A stretch of DNA of 64,000 bases from Dehalococcoidia bacterium (GTDB lineage Bacteria > Chloroflexota > Dehalococcoidia > Bin125). The stretch spans positions 672,001 through 736,000 of the forward strand of contig CAXXRD010000001.1 in assembly GCA_963663895.2 (NCBI GenBank), in the 5' to 3' direction. The notes beneath the pieces are model-generated. The model was given only the letters and a program-made list of their open reading frames with translations. It was not told where the DNA came from and searched no databases. This document shows, one piece after another, positions 48,310-57,354 of this stretch. The position numbers and the translations under genes are program-made. Positions within the stretch are counted from its first letter, which is position 1, and each line of letters begins with the position of its first letter.

Positions 48310-50865
48310 ATGATCAGCCACCGCAATCCGCAGGGACCCAACTGCCTTACGCAGCGTACGGCCGAGATCCGCGCCGCGCAGATCAGCGACGTGCGCTACA
48401 CGCTCGCGCTCTCTCTCCCCAGCGGTGGCGGCGAATACACCGGTGACTTGACGATCGAGTTCCACCACGCGGCGCCGCGCGAGGGCACCTTCTTCGACTG
48501 CACCGGCCAGTCCATTGAACAGCTCGTCGTCAACGGCGAAGAGCTGGCCAGTGCGGTTTGGGAGTCGAACCGGCTCGTGCTCGACGGTGCCCTGCTGCGC
48601 GAGCGCAACACGGTGCGGATTCGCTACACCAACATCTTTGATCGCACCGGCGCCGGTTTTCATTACTTCGCCGATCCGGTGGACGGCCAAGAGTACGTCT
48701 ACACCAACTTCGAGCCGTACGAAGCGCACCGTCTCCTGCCCTGCTTCGACCAGCCGGATATCCGCGCGCGGCTGCGCCTTTCCGTCACCGCGCCGCCGGA
48801 GTGGACGGTGATCGCCAATACCCGCGAGACCGAGACGATGACAGCGGCGGATGGCCGCCTCCAGCATGCCTACGCGGAGACACCGCCGATCGCGACCTAT
48901 CTCTTCGCCGTGATCGCCGGTCCCTACGAACGCTTCACATCACGCTGGGAAGACGTGCCCCTCAACTTCTACGCCCGGCGGTCACTGCGACCACACATCG
49001 ACAGCGACGAGCTTTTCGAGATCACCCGGCAAGGCTTGGCCTACTTCAGCGAGTTCTTCGATTGCCCCTATCCGTTCGACAAGTACGACCAGATCTTCGT
49101 CCCGGAGTTCAACGCGGGGGCCATGGAGAACGTCGGCGCGATCACCTTCTCGGAGCGCATGGTCTTCCGTGATCCCCCGACGGACCTGCAACGGCTCAAC
49201 CGCGCGGAAGTGATCCTGCACGAAATGGCCCATATGTGGTTCGGCGATCTGGTGACCATGCGCTGGTGGAACGACCTCTGGCTCAACGAGAGTTTCGCCA
49301 CCTATATGGCCTATCTCGCGATGAGCGGTGCCACGCGCTTCCACGAACGGGCCTGGCAGGCGTTCCATTCGCGCATGAAGGCCTGGGCCTACCACCAGGA
49401 TCAGTTGGTCACCACGCATCCGATCGCCGGCGCCGTGCCGGACACGGACGCCACCTTCCTCAACTTCGACGGGATCACCTACGGCAAAGGCGCGGCCGTG
49501 CTCAAGCAACTCGCGGCCACGATCGGGCTGGACGGCTTTCGGGCCGGCATGCGCCACTACTTCGATACCTACGCTTGGAAGAACACGACGCTTCGCCAGT
49601 TTTTGGGCGCGCTCGAGCACGGAGCGGGCCGCGACCTCCAGGAATGGTCACGGCTCTGGATCGAAACGGAAGGCCTCAACACGATCGAGGCGTCCTGGCA
49701 GGCGAACGGCGAGGTGTCGGCCTTGGCTGTGGAACAGCGCGCCGAGAGCGATCATCCGACCTTACGCCCCCACGCCCTGCAGCTGGCGCTCATCGCCGAG
49801 GTGGCCGACGAGCCGGTGGTCCGGGACGCGCTCCCGGTACAGATCGATGGACCTCGAACGGTGATCGAGGAAGGGATCGGCCGGCCGGCTCCCGTTTGCG
49901 TCTTCCCTAACTACGACGACCACGCTTACGTCAAAATCATCCTGGACGCGCAGTCGCGGGACTACGTCCGCGAGCGGATCGAGCGCTTCCGCGACCCGCT
50001 CCTCCGCCAGCAGCTCTGGCGCACGCTCTGGGACATGGTCCGAGACCAGCAATTCCGGTCGACGGACTACCTCGCCCTCGTCCGCGACAAAATCGTGTTC
50101 GAGGAGGAATTGGAGTTGATCGATACCGTGCTTGGCAACGCCCAGGCGGCCATCGCCTGGTTCGTTCCCGAATCACGCCGCGTCGTGGAAGCGGACGCTC
50201 TCTTCGAGGTCGTGCACGAACGACTGTTCGCCGCCCCCGATCAAAATCGCCGCATCGCTTGGGCACGCGCGGCAGTCGCGACGGCGCAGCAACCGGCGAC
50301 GGTATCCCGCATGCTGGAGCTGATCGACCGGGGCACGGGCATCAGCGGCTTCGAACTCGATCAGGATATGCGCTGGTCTCTGGCAGTGAAGCAGGTCGCC
50401 TACGGCATCCCGGGCGGCCAGGAGCGGATCACGCGGGAGCGCGAGCGCGACCCCAGCGACCGCGGCCAACGGGCCGCCGCCCGCGCGGCCACGGCCGCTC
50501 CCGACGCCGATCACAAGGCGCGCGCCTGGGAGCAGTTCATCCACGACCGCGACGCCTCGTTGCACATGGTGGGCGCAGCCATGGACGGCTTCCTCTGGAC
50601 CCATCAAGCAGACCTGCTCGATCCCTATGTCGGACGGTTCCTCGACGAAGTCCCCGGTATCTTCCAATCCCGTGATAAGGATTTCGCCAACAGGTACTTC
50701 GGCGCGCTTTTCCCGCACTATCGTCCCGACGACACCGTCATCGCTCGCACCACGGCGCTGCTCGCGTCGCTCGACGACACAGACCCCTCTTTGCAGCGTA
50801 AATTGCTGGAGGCGCTGGACGATCTGAAGCGCGCGCGCGCGTGCCGTGCCTTCGCGGCCGGATAG
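48310..50865 (+). CDS. pepN: Aminopeptidase N (M1 family)
   Basis: PCFDQPD, KYDQIFVPEFNAGAMEN, HEMAHMWFG, WLNESFA, ITYGKG. Confidence 0.95.
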   Translation: MISHRNPQGPNCLTQRTAEIRAAQISDVRYTLALSLPSGGGEYTGDLTIEFHHAAPREGTFFDCTGQSIEQLVVNGEELASAVWESNRLVLDGALLRERNTVRIRYTNIFDRTGAGFHYFADPVDGQEYVYTNFEPYEAHRLLPCFDQPDIRARLRLSVTAPPEWTVIANTRETETMTAADGRLQHAYAETPPIATYLFAVIAGPYERFTSRWEDVPLNFYARRSLRPHIDSDELFEITRQGLAYFSEFFDCPYPFDKYDQIFVPEFNAGAMENVGAITFSERMVFRDPPTDLQRLNRAEVILHEMAHMWFGDLVTMRWWNDLWLNESFATYMAYLAMSGATRFHERAWQAFHSRMKAWAYHQDQLVTTHPIAGAVPDTDATFLNFDGITYGKGAAVLKQLAATIGLDGFRAGMRHYFDTYAWKNTTLRQFLGALEHGAGRDLQEWSRLWIETEGLNTIEASWQANGEVSALAVEQRAESDHPTLRPHALQLALIAEVADEPVVRDALPVQIDGPRTVIEEGIGRPAPVCVFPNYDDHAYVKIILDAQSRDYVRERIERFRDPLLRQQLWRTLWDMVRDQQFRSTDYLALVRDKIVFEEELELIDTVLGNAQAAIAWFVPESRRVVEADALFEVVHERLFAAPDQNRRIAWARAAVATAQQPATVSRMLELIDRGTGISGFELDQDMRWSLAVKQVAYGIPGGQERITRERERDPSDRGQRAAARAATAAPDADHKARAWEQFIHDRDASLHMVGAAMDGFLWTHQADLLDPYVGRFLDEVPGIFQSRDKDFANRYFGALFPHYRPDDTVIARTTALLASLDDTDPSLQRKLLEALDDLKRARACRAFAAG

Positions 50866-50873
50866 GCGGAGCG

Positions 50874-51653
50874 ATGGCGGAGATCGCCGCCTGCTATCTC
50901 TACCCCATCAAGGGTATGACCTGCGCGCCGGCCGGCCACCTCGACCTTGAAGCGGGCAGCACGGCGCGGGGCGATCGCGCTTTCGTTTTCGCCTTCGCCG
51001 ACGCCAACGTCAGCCCGGATGGTTGGGTCTCCAAACACGAAGCGCTCACCTTGGTAAACACCCCGCAGCTCGCGTCGATCAGCACCAGCTACAGCACGGA
51101 AGCGCGCCGGCTCCTGCTCGCCGCGCCGAAGCATGGCGAGGTGAGCGGATCGATCGACGACCCGGACGCGCGCCGCGCCCTAGCCGACTGGCTCGCCGAA
51201 GTGGTGTGGAGCTTCGAGAAGCATCCCTTAGCCGCCCGGGCTACCCGCCTCCCGCTCCAACTCCTCGGCGACGGCACGGCGCGCTTCGCCGACCGGCGTG
51301 CAGAGCAGATCAGCCTGGGGGCGGAGGAAAGTGCGCGCGCGCTTTCGGAGCGCGCCGGGCGCGACGTAGCGCTGAGTCGCTTCCGCCTGAACCTGGCCGT
51401 GCGTGGTCTGGAGCCCTGGGGCGAGTTCGCCTGGGCCGGCCATCGCCTCACCATTGGCGAGGCGGAGCTACAAGTCACGGCGCCGCTCAAGCGTTGCAAA
51501 GCCGTCAACGCTTCGCCGGGCGGCGGCGGCCGCGACATCCCCGTCCTCGACCTGTTGCAGAGCGCGTACGGCCACCTCGACTTCGGTGTCGAAGCGGCGG
51601 TCCGGCGGGGCGGACGTATCAAGCCCGGCGACCCGATCACCGTGTTGGACTAA
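50874..51653 (+). CDS. MOSC domain-containing protein
   Basis: LYPIKG, GDRAF, RFRLNL, WGEFAW, RCKAVN, FGVEA, GRIKPGD. Confidence 0.88.
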   Translation: MAEIAACYLYPIKGMTCAPAGHLDLEAGSTARGDRAFVFAFADANVSPDGWVSKHEALTLVNTPQLASISTSYSTEARRLLLAAPKHGEVSGSIDDPDARRALADWLAEVVWSFEKHPLAARATRLPLQLLGDGTARFADRRAEQISLGAEESARALSERAGRDVALSRFRLNLAVRGLEPWGEFAWAGHRLTIGEAELQVTAPLKRCKAVNASPGGGGRDIPVLDLLQSAYGHLDFGVEAAVRRGGRIKPGDPITVLD

Positions 51654-51674
51654 CAGCTCCCCCGAGCGACGCCG

Positions 51675-52424
51675 ATGGACCGATTTCCCAGGCACTCCTG
51701 GAGTCCCGATCATCCCGACATCCAGACGCTGCTGGCGAAGGCGCCGGTCGTCGATGCCGGGCTGATCGTCGGCGCTTCCAACTACGTCTTCCTCGCCGCT
51801 CTCGATGATGCAGACGCCGGACGCGGCTACGCCATCTACAAGCCCAGGCGCGGCGCGGCGGCGCTGTGGGACTTCCCCTTCGACCTGCACCATCGCGAGT
51901 ACGCCAGCTACGTCGTCAGCGAGGCGCTGGGCTGGCGCATCGTGCCGCCCACGATCGTACGCGCGGAAGGACTGGTGCACGGCGTCGGCTCCCTGCAGCT
52001 CTACATCCCCCACGATCAGCACCACACTTTCTTCGACTTACGCGAGCGGTTCCCGGCAGAGATGCAACGCTTCGCCGTCTTCGACTGGCTCACCAACAAC
52101 GCGGACCGCAAGGCCGGCCACGTGATCCTCGACGCCTGCGGACATCTCTGGGGGATCGATCACGGACTCACGTTCCACGTGGAAGAGAAACTCCGCACGG
52201 TGATCTGGGACTACGCGGGGACCGCGATCGCGCCCGAGTTACTCAGCGACATCAAGCGGTTCGCCGCGCAACTCTTCGACGGAGCGATCGCCCTGCAGCT
52301 GCGCGACTGCCTCGCGCCGGCGGAGGTGGAGATGCTCGCCGAGCGCGCCGCTGTAATCCTGCGAGCCGGCCGCTTGCCGGAGCCGCCCAGAGACCGCCGT
52401 CCTTATCCCTGGCCTCTGATCTAA
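51675..52424 (+). CDS. SCO1664-family protein (PI3/4-kinase-like fold)
   Basis: ASNYVFL, IYKP..G...LWDFP, REYASY, VPPT, GSLQ, NNADRKAGH, WGIDHGLTF, KLRTVIW, PYPWP. Confidence 0.9.
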   Translation: MDRFPRHSWSPDHPDIQTLLAKAPVVDAGLIVGASNYVFLAALDDADAGRGYAIYKPRRGAAALWDFPFDLHHREYASYVVSEALGWRIVPPTIVRAEGLVHGVGSLQLYIPHDQHHTFFDLRERFPAEMQRFAVFDWLTNNADRKAGHVILDACGHLWGIDHGLTFHVEEKLRTVIWDYAGTAIAPELLSDIKRFAAQLFDGAIALQLRDCLAPAEVEMLAERAAVILRAGRLPEPPRDRRPYPWPLI

Positions 52425-52442
52425 GCCGGCCTGCGGCCGTGC

Positions 52443-53180
52443 TTATGCGACCGCGGTAAAGCGATTGCGGATCGTGATCGTGCTCTCGCCGCTTGCCACA
52501 GGGATCACCTTCAGCGCCAGCGAGACGCGGTTATCCTCATCAAGTGCGCCCCAATACGAGGTCAGGACGGCGCTGGGGGAGCCGTCCAGGGGGAGCCAGA
52601 GCGGCGCGCCCGCAAAGGGCGGCAACGGTTTGCCGTCGCCTTGGTAGGTGGTCAGGCAACGTCCCAATCCGGGCGGCGGCGGCGAGACCCAGAACGCCGT
52701 GTGATCACTGCGAGCGGCATCGGCGGCATTGGCGCGGATGCTGTGTAAGGCCAGCGCCGGCGCTGAGGATCGCAGGTCCAGCATCCCGCTGATGCGAGGT
52801 GTGTAGTTGGGCGCGTCCGGCTCCCGCTCGTGCGTCGCCAGGGCGTCCTCGAAGGTGCCGCCCGAGGCGATGGCGTCGCGCATGGAGCGCGTTTGGCTGC
52901 CGTTGCTGACGAGGTAGAGAGCAGGGAGCTCCAGCATCGCTGCGTAAATGATCAGGCTGGGGTCTTCGAGCTTGGCCGGGTCGGCAGCGGCGGTGCGCAG
53001 CTCGCCCCCGTCCGCCACGAAGATGCGATTCCGGCTGTTGGGGCTGCGGCCCATGATCCAGTAGAGCTGTAGCCAGGACTCCCCATCCTCCGACAAGCCG
53101 ATCAGCAAGCCGCGGCCGGGGTAGCGGTTCTCTTGCAGGTGCCGGCGAAAGTTGGCCCGGGCTTCCGCTTGCAGATCCAT
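52443..53180 (-). CDS. IMP cyclohydrolase-like protein (PurO-like)
   Basis: YPGRGL, YWIMGRSPNSRNR, DPSLIIY, VSNGSQT, EPDAPNYTPRISG, TTYQGDG.PLP.F; directly downstream of the AICAR formyltransferase. Confidence 0.85.
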   Translation of the reverse strand: MDLQAEARANFRRHLQENRYPGRGLLIGLSEDGESWLQLYWIMGRSPNSRNRIFVADGGELRTAAADPAKLEDPSLIIYAAMLELPALYLVSNGSQTRSMRDAIASGGTFEDALATHEREPDAPNYTPRISGMLDLRSSAPALALHSIRANAADAARSDHTAFWVSPPPPGLGRCLTTYQGDGKPLPPFAGAPLWLPLDGSPSAVLTSYWGALDEDNRVSLALKVIPVASGESTITIRNRFTAVA

Positions 53181-53191
53181 GGACGGGCCGC

Positions 53192-54364
53192 TTAGTGATG
53201 GAAAAGGCGCAGCCCGGAGAAGGCCATCGCCATGCCGTATTCGTCCGCCGCGGCGATCACTCCCTCGTCGGCGATGGATCCGCCGGGCTGCAGGATGTAG
53301 CGCACGCCGCTCGCCTGCGCGCGGTCGACGTTGTCGCGGAAGGGCATGAACGCGTCGTGGCTGAGGACGTTGGTGAAGGTGCCGATCCACGCGCGCCGTT
53401 CCTCGGGACTCAGCGGCTGGACCGGCTCGGTCATCTGGCTTGCGAGGTGCGCCTGCTCGGCGGGAGACAGCTCATCATGCGCGATGAACTGCTCGCGCGC
53501 CGTGAAGCGCTCCGGCCGCTTGAGCTCTTTTCTCAGCGGCAGCTGTAGCACTCGCGGGTGCTGCAACAGCATCCAGCGATCCGCCTTGGAGCAGGCGATG
53601 CGCGAGCAGTGGATCCGCGACTGCTGTCCGGCCCCCAGCCCGATCACCTGGCCGCCGTTCGCCACGCACACCGAATTCGACTGCGTATACCGCAGCGCGA
53701 TAGTCGCGACGAGCAAGTCGCGCTGCGCCTCGGGCGGGATCGTACTCTTCTTCGTCACCACGTTGGCGAGCCGATCGCGCGTCAGGGGCTCCGCATCGCG
53801 CGGCTGCTCCAGCTGAATTCCGAACACGTCTCGCAGCTCGGTCGGCGGAGGCTCGAAATCCGGGTCGATCTGAACGATCAGATATTTGCCGGCTTTCTTG
53901 CCGCGCAAGATCTCCAACGCATCGGCGTCGTAAGCGGGAGCGATGATCCCGTCGGACACTTCGCGACGCAGGACCTGGGCCACGGAGGCGTCAACCGTAT
54001 CGCTACACGCGGCAAAGTCCCCGTACGAGGAGATGAGGTCGCCGCCGCGCGCGCGGGCATAGGCGGCGGCGAGCGGCGACAGCTCGGTCCCATCAAGCGC
54101 GTAGGCGCGCTGCAGCGCTTCCGAGAGCGGCAGTCCGATCGCCGCGCCGGCCGGGCTGACATGCTTAAACGAGGCGGCGGCCGGCTCGCCCGTCGCCGCC
54201 CACAACTCGCGCACCAACGGCCAGCCGTTGAGCGCGTCGAGCAGGTTGATATAGCCGGGCGCGCCGTTGAGCACCGTGAACGGCAAAGGGCCGCCGGAGC
54301 GGCGCGCGCGCGCGGGCGTCTGGTGGGGGTTGGTCCCGTAACGAAGATCAATCTCAGAGACCAC
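53192..54364 (-). CDS. AICAR formyltransferase lacking the IMP cyclohydrolase domain (PurJ-type)
   Basis: LRYGTNPHQ, GYINLLDALN, SFKHVSPAGAA, SSYGDF, TQSNSV, GAGQQSRIHC, DAFMPFRDNV, QPGGS, RLFHH. Confidence 0.92.
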   Translation of the reverse strand: MVSEIDLRYGTNPHQTPARARRSGGPLPFTVLNGAPGYINLLDALNGWPLVRELWAATGEPAAASFKHVSPAGAAIGLPLSEALQRAYALDGTELSPLAAAYARARGGDLISSYGDFAACSDTVDASVAQVLRREVSDGIIAPAYDADALEILRGKKAGKYLIVQIDPDFEPPPTELRDVFGIQLEQPRDAEPLTRDRLANVVTKKSTIPPEAQRDLLVATIALRYTQSNSVCVANGGQVIGLGAGQQSRIHCSRIACSKADRWMLLQHPRVLQLPLRKELKRPERFTAREQFIAHDELSPAEQAHLASQMTEPVQPLSPEERRAWIGTFTNVLSHDAFMPFRDNVDRAQASGVRYILQPGGSIADEGVIAAADEYGMAMAFSGLRLFHH

Positions 54365-54452
54365 AGCATTCCCGTCGCAAGCCAGCCTGACCGATCGCAC
54401 GATTCCTCTGCCTACTGTGGGTAGCGTGCGCCCGCGGGTCGGTCAAGCGAAT

Positions 54453-55139
54453 GAAGCTTATATACCTAGGTTGACCGGGGCACTCGACGCTTCGCGCGCT
54501 CATAGTGCTGGACACGTCTGCATGCCGGGCAAAAGTCCCACCACAGAAAGTAGACCCGCTGATTCGGCTTTGGTCGCCACTCTGGGGGATGCCATCGGCG
54601 CGTGTACGCACAGCCGTCTTTGGGGCACCGCTCGTTAGTGCTCTTCTCCGCCTCGGGCACAGCGGGCAGGATAAAATCTGTGACTAACGGTCCTTCATAC
54701 GCTCTTGGACTCTCCGCCTCGGGCACATGATCCTTCAGGTAACGCCCGGCGGCTTGAGCCACTTGCGGATTATCGCGGAGGTTGCCGAGCGCCCAGTTGC
54801 AGTTTTGGCAGAGCAGCCCCCGGACCTGCTCCGTATCGTGATCGTGGTCGATGCACGGCTGGAGATCGTTGCTAAATGCCTGCTGGCATATGCTGCATCT
54901 GTAGCGCTGCGCCGTCATGAGCGCGCAATATTTGGACACATCAAAGTCCTTGTACGCTCGAATACGGCTGCGAAGCAGCATTGCGTTATGCCGTGACGGG
55001 CGTGCACCAATCCGCTTGAGAATGGCCATCAAGTCGGAGTATTCCTTGGCGATCCAGTCCTGTTTGGGCAGTCGCTGACGCGCGCCGCCACGCGGAATTT
55101 TTTGCCTTTTCATGTTGTCAACCTAGGCATATAAGCCCC
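54453..55139. mobile_element. Non-autonomous TIR cassette (IS1595-family-like MIC/MITE) carrying an endonuclease VII gene
   Basis: Left TIR GAAGCTTATATACCTAGGTTGAC (54453-54475) versus right TIR reverse complement GGGGCTTATATGCCTAGGTTGAC (55117-55139), 20/23 identical; flanking 8-bp duplication AAGCGAAT (54445-54452) / AAGTGAAT (55140-55147); lower GC; no transposase. Confidence 0.82.
54466..55113 (-). CDS. Endonuclease VII (His-Me finger) domain protein with C-terminal Cys cluster
   Basis: Q..RCSIC...CIDHDHDTEQVRGLLCQNCNWALG..RD, the T4 endo VII signature; C-terminal CPKDGC...CPAC. Confidence 0.87.
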   Translation of the reverse strand: MKRQKIPRGGARQRLPKQDWIAKEYSDLMAILKRIGARPSRHNAMLLRSRIRAYKDFDVSKYCALMTAQRYRCSICQQAFSNDLQPCIDHDHDTEQVRGLLCQNCNWALGNLRDNPQVAQAAGRYLKDHVPEAESPRAYEGPLVTDFILPAVPEAEKSTNERCPKDGCAYTRRWHPPEWRPKPNQRVYFLWWDFCPACRRVQHYERAKRRVPRST

Positions 55140-55204
55140 AAGTGAATGACGCGACGCCTCTTGCGACTCGTTACAGAAAACGGCGATCGGGTGGATGGCG
55201 GCGA

Positions 55205-56083
55205 TCAGGCAAGCAGATTGGCCAGCGCGTCGTCGATCTGCCCGTACTGGAATTGGTAGCCGGCAGCCACCGTGCGGCGCGGGATCACGCGCTGCCCCGC
55301 CGTCAGGATCGCCGCGCCTTCGCCGAACCGCAGCTCCAGCAGCAGGGGAGGCACCGGGACGAGAGCCGGCCGGTGCAAGGCGCGGCCCAGCGCCTTGCTG
55401 AAATCCATGTTGGTGAGGGGCGCAGGGGCGGTCACGTTGATCGCATCACGGACGCCTGCGTCGTCGACCGCATGGAGCAGCGCGCCCACTACGTCGTCGA
55501 TGTGCACCCAGGAAAACCAGTGGCGGCCGCGCCCAATGGGGCCGCCGAACCCCAGCTTGAAGGGCAAGAGCATCTGCGGGAGCGCTCCGCCCTGCCTGGA
55601 AAGCACGACCCCGATCCGCGCCCGCACGACGCGGCAGTCGGCCACGGCAGCGGCGGCCTCCCAATCACGGCAAAGCGTTGCCAGGAAGTCGGAGCCGGCC
55701 GGCGAGTCCTCATCGAGCTCGTCATCGCCACGCGGACCGTAGTACCCAACCGCCGAGGCCGAGACGAGCACGCCCGGCGGATTGGCGGCGCCGTTGATCG
55801 CCGCCACGAGCTGCTGCGCGGTGTCGATCCGGCTCTCGCGCAGGGTGCGTTTCCGCGCCGCGCTCCAACGCTTGGCCACGACACCGGCGCCCGCCAAGTG
55901 GACGGCCGCGTCTACATCCTCGATCGCAGCGGGCAGATCATCCCAGCCGATCCAGCGGATCATCCCCCGGCCTCGACGCTCGGGGCGGCGCGACACGCCG
56001 ATCACGGTATCGCCGCGATCGTGCAGCGCGCGGCTCAGCGCCGCTCCCACCAAACCGCTGGCGCCCGTGACGAGGAGCTGCAC
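55205..56083 (-). CDS. TIGR01777-family NAD-dependent epimerase (YfcH-like)
   Basis: VTGASGLVG, HLAG, RWS..K...SR, SASAVGYYG, FLATLCRDWE, RIGVVL, SWVHIDD, GQRVIP. Confidence 0.95.
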   Translation of the reverse strand: MQLLVTGASGLVGAALSRALHDRGDTVIGVSRRPERRGRGMIRWIGWDDLPAAIEDVDAAVHLAGAGVVAKRWSAARKRTLRESRIDTAQQLVAAINGAANPPGVLVSASAVGYYGPRGDDELDEDSPAGSDFLATLCRDWEAAAAVADCRVVRARIGVVLSRQGGALPQMLLPFKLGFGGPIGRGRHWFSWVHIDDVVGALLHAVDDAGVRDAINVTAPAPLTNMDFSKALGRALHRPALVPVPPLLLELRFGEGAAILTAGQRVIPRRTVAAGYQFQYGQIDDALANLLA

Positions 56084-56085
56084 CG

Positions 56086-56613
56086 CTACCCCCCCAAGCT
56101 CGGCACGACCGGGGGCAATCCCTGCATCCCCCGAATCGCATTGATCTCGCCCCGATGGCCGTTGAGATGCGTGATCAGATGCAGCAGGATCGCGCCGCCC
56201 ACCGTTTCGGTGCGATCACCCACCTGCACGGCGCGCGCAAGCTCGGCGTCTGTCGCGTCGCGCAGGTATGCCTCCGTGGCGGCCGCGACCGCTTCCGCAT
56301 ATTCGCCGAACGCCTCGGGGTTCGTGATGCGAAGCTGCTGTGCCTCCTCCGGCGACTGCCCGGTCCCAATGCCCCGGGCCGGCAAGCCGCTCCGCGCCGC
56401 CCAGTCGCTCTGTTTCCAGATAAGGTCTTTTTCCTGCGCGACCCGCTGGATGATGGAGTCCTCGATCCGTGCCGCATGCCACAGCACCCAGGCGATGGAA
56501 TGGGCTTGCCGATCCGGCGTGAAGTGCAATTGCTCCTCGCTGACGCTCCGCGCGTCGCGCAGCGCGGCGTGCAGGAACGTCATCCCTTGGTGCAGATACT
56601 CCGCTTGCGTCAC
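56086..56613 (-). CDS. DinB family protein
   Basis: HSIAWVLWHAARIED and HLNGHRGEI metal-binding His pattern. Confidence 0.85.
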   Translation of the reverse strand: MTQAEYLHQGMTFLHAALRDARSVSEEQLHFTPDRQAHSIAWVLWHAARIEDSIIQRVAQEKDLIWKQSDWAARSGLPARGIGTGQSPEEAQQLRITNPEAFGEYAEAVAAATEAYLRDATDAELARAVQVGDRTETVGGAILLHLITHLNGHRGEINAIRGMQGLPPVVPSLGG

Positions 56614-56640
56614 CGTGTTCCTCTTCTCTGAGACGGCCGC

Positions 56641-57150
56641 TCAACTACTCGCGACGGGCGGCTCCTGATCGGAGCCCCGCTGATCGTCCTGACGGTCGCC
56701 AGGCGACTCGTGATCCGGAGGGGAGTCGGCGGGCGGAAGATCGGCGGCGGGCACATCGATCACCGGCCCGGCCTCAGAGGCCGGTGCGCCATCAGCAGCA
56801 TCGGAACCCTGCAGTCCCGGTTCAAAGCCGAGCGCCTGCAGCTGGCGAGCCAGATCATCCAACTGGGCGTTGGTGATCCCCATCGTCTGCATCGTTTCGC
56901 GCACCAGACGCTGCACTTCATCCATGTTCTGCTGAATGAGCGCGTCCGCGAGCTCCAGCTGAATCTCCACGGCGCGGAAGCCGTGGCGGCGTTCCGCTTC
57001 GCTCTTGCCCAGGATGGTCGCCACCAAGCGGGTGAACAGCGTGCACGTGCGAGCGATCCGGACGCGATCATCGGGATGCTCGGGAAAGTCGCCGGTCACG
57101 GCGACTTCGAGTCCCGAGCGCTTGTCCGTGGCGACGTATTGCTCCGGCAT
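56641..57150 (-). CDS. Hypothetical protein (helical core, acidic disordered tail)
   Basis: Host-like codon usage in the minus-strand gene run; MPEQYVATDKRSGLEVAVTGDFP...; no family recognised. Confidence 0.65.
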   Translation of the reverse strand: MPEQYVATDKRSGLEVAVTGDFPEHPDDRVRIARTCTLFTRLVATILGKSEAERRHGFRAVEIQLELADALIQQNMDEVQRLVRETMQTMGITNAQLDDLARQLQALGFEPGLQGSDAADGAPASEAGPVIDVPAADLPPADSPPDHESPGDRQDDQRGSDQEPPVASS

Positions 57151-57354
57151 TACACCCCGCAGATCCGACAGCACGGCTTCCAGCCGATATGGACATGGTA
57201 GCGCCGCCCGCCAATGCCCCACCAATGCCTTGATGCGCCGCGATCGAGGCAGCCCTCTCCCCGTGCGCGGAGCCCGCATCCGCAAGCTCTGCTCGCGTCA
57301 CACCAACAGCGTCCGCCTGATGTGGAGGCCGGCTTGATGCCGTCAACGGGGCCG

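Noticed and set aside
54365-54452. ZMP/ZTP (pfl) riboswitch before the AICAR formyltransferase
   Set aside because: The conserved GACUGGCG and CGCCUGGGC segments are absent on the sense strand.
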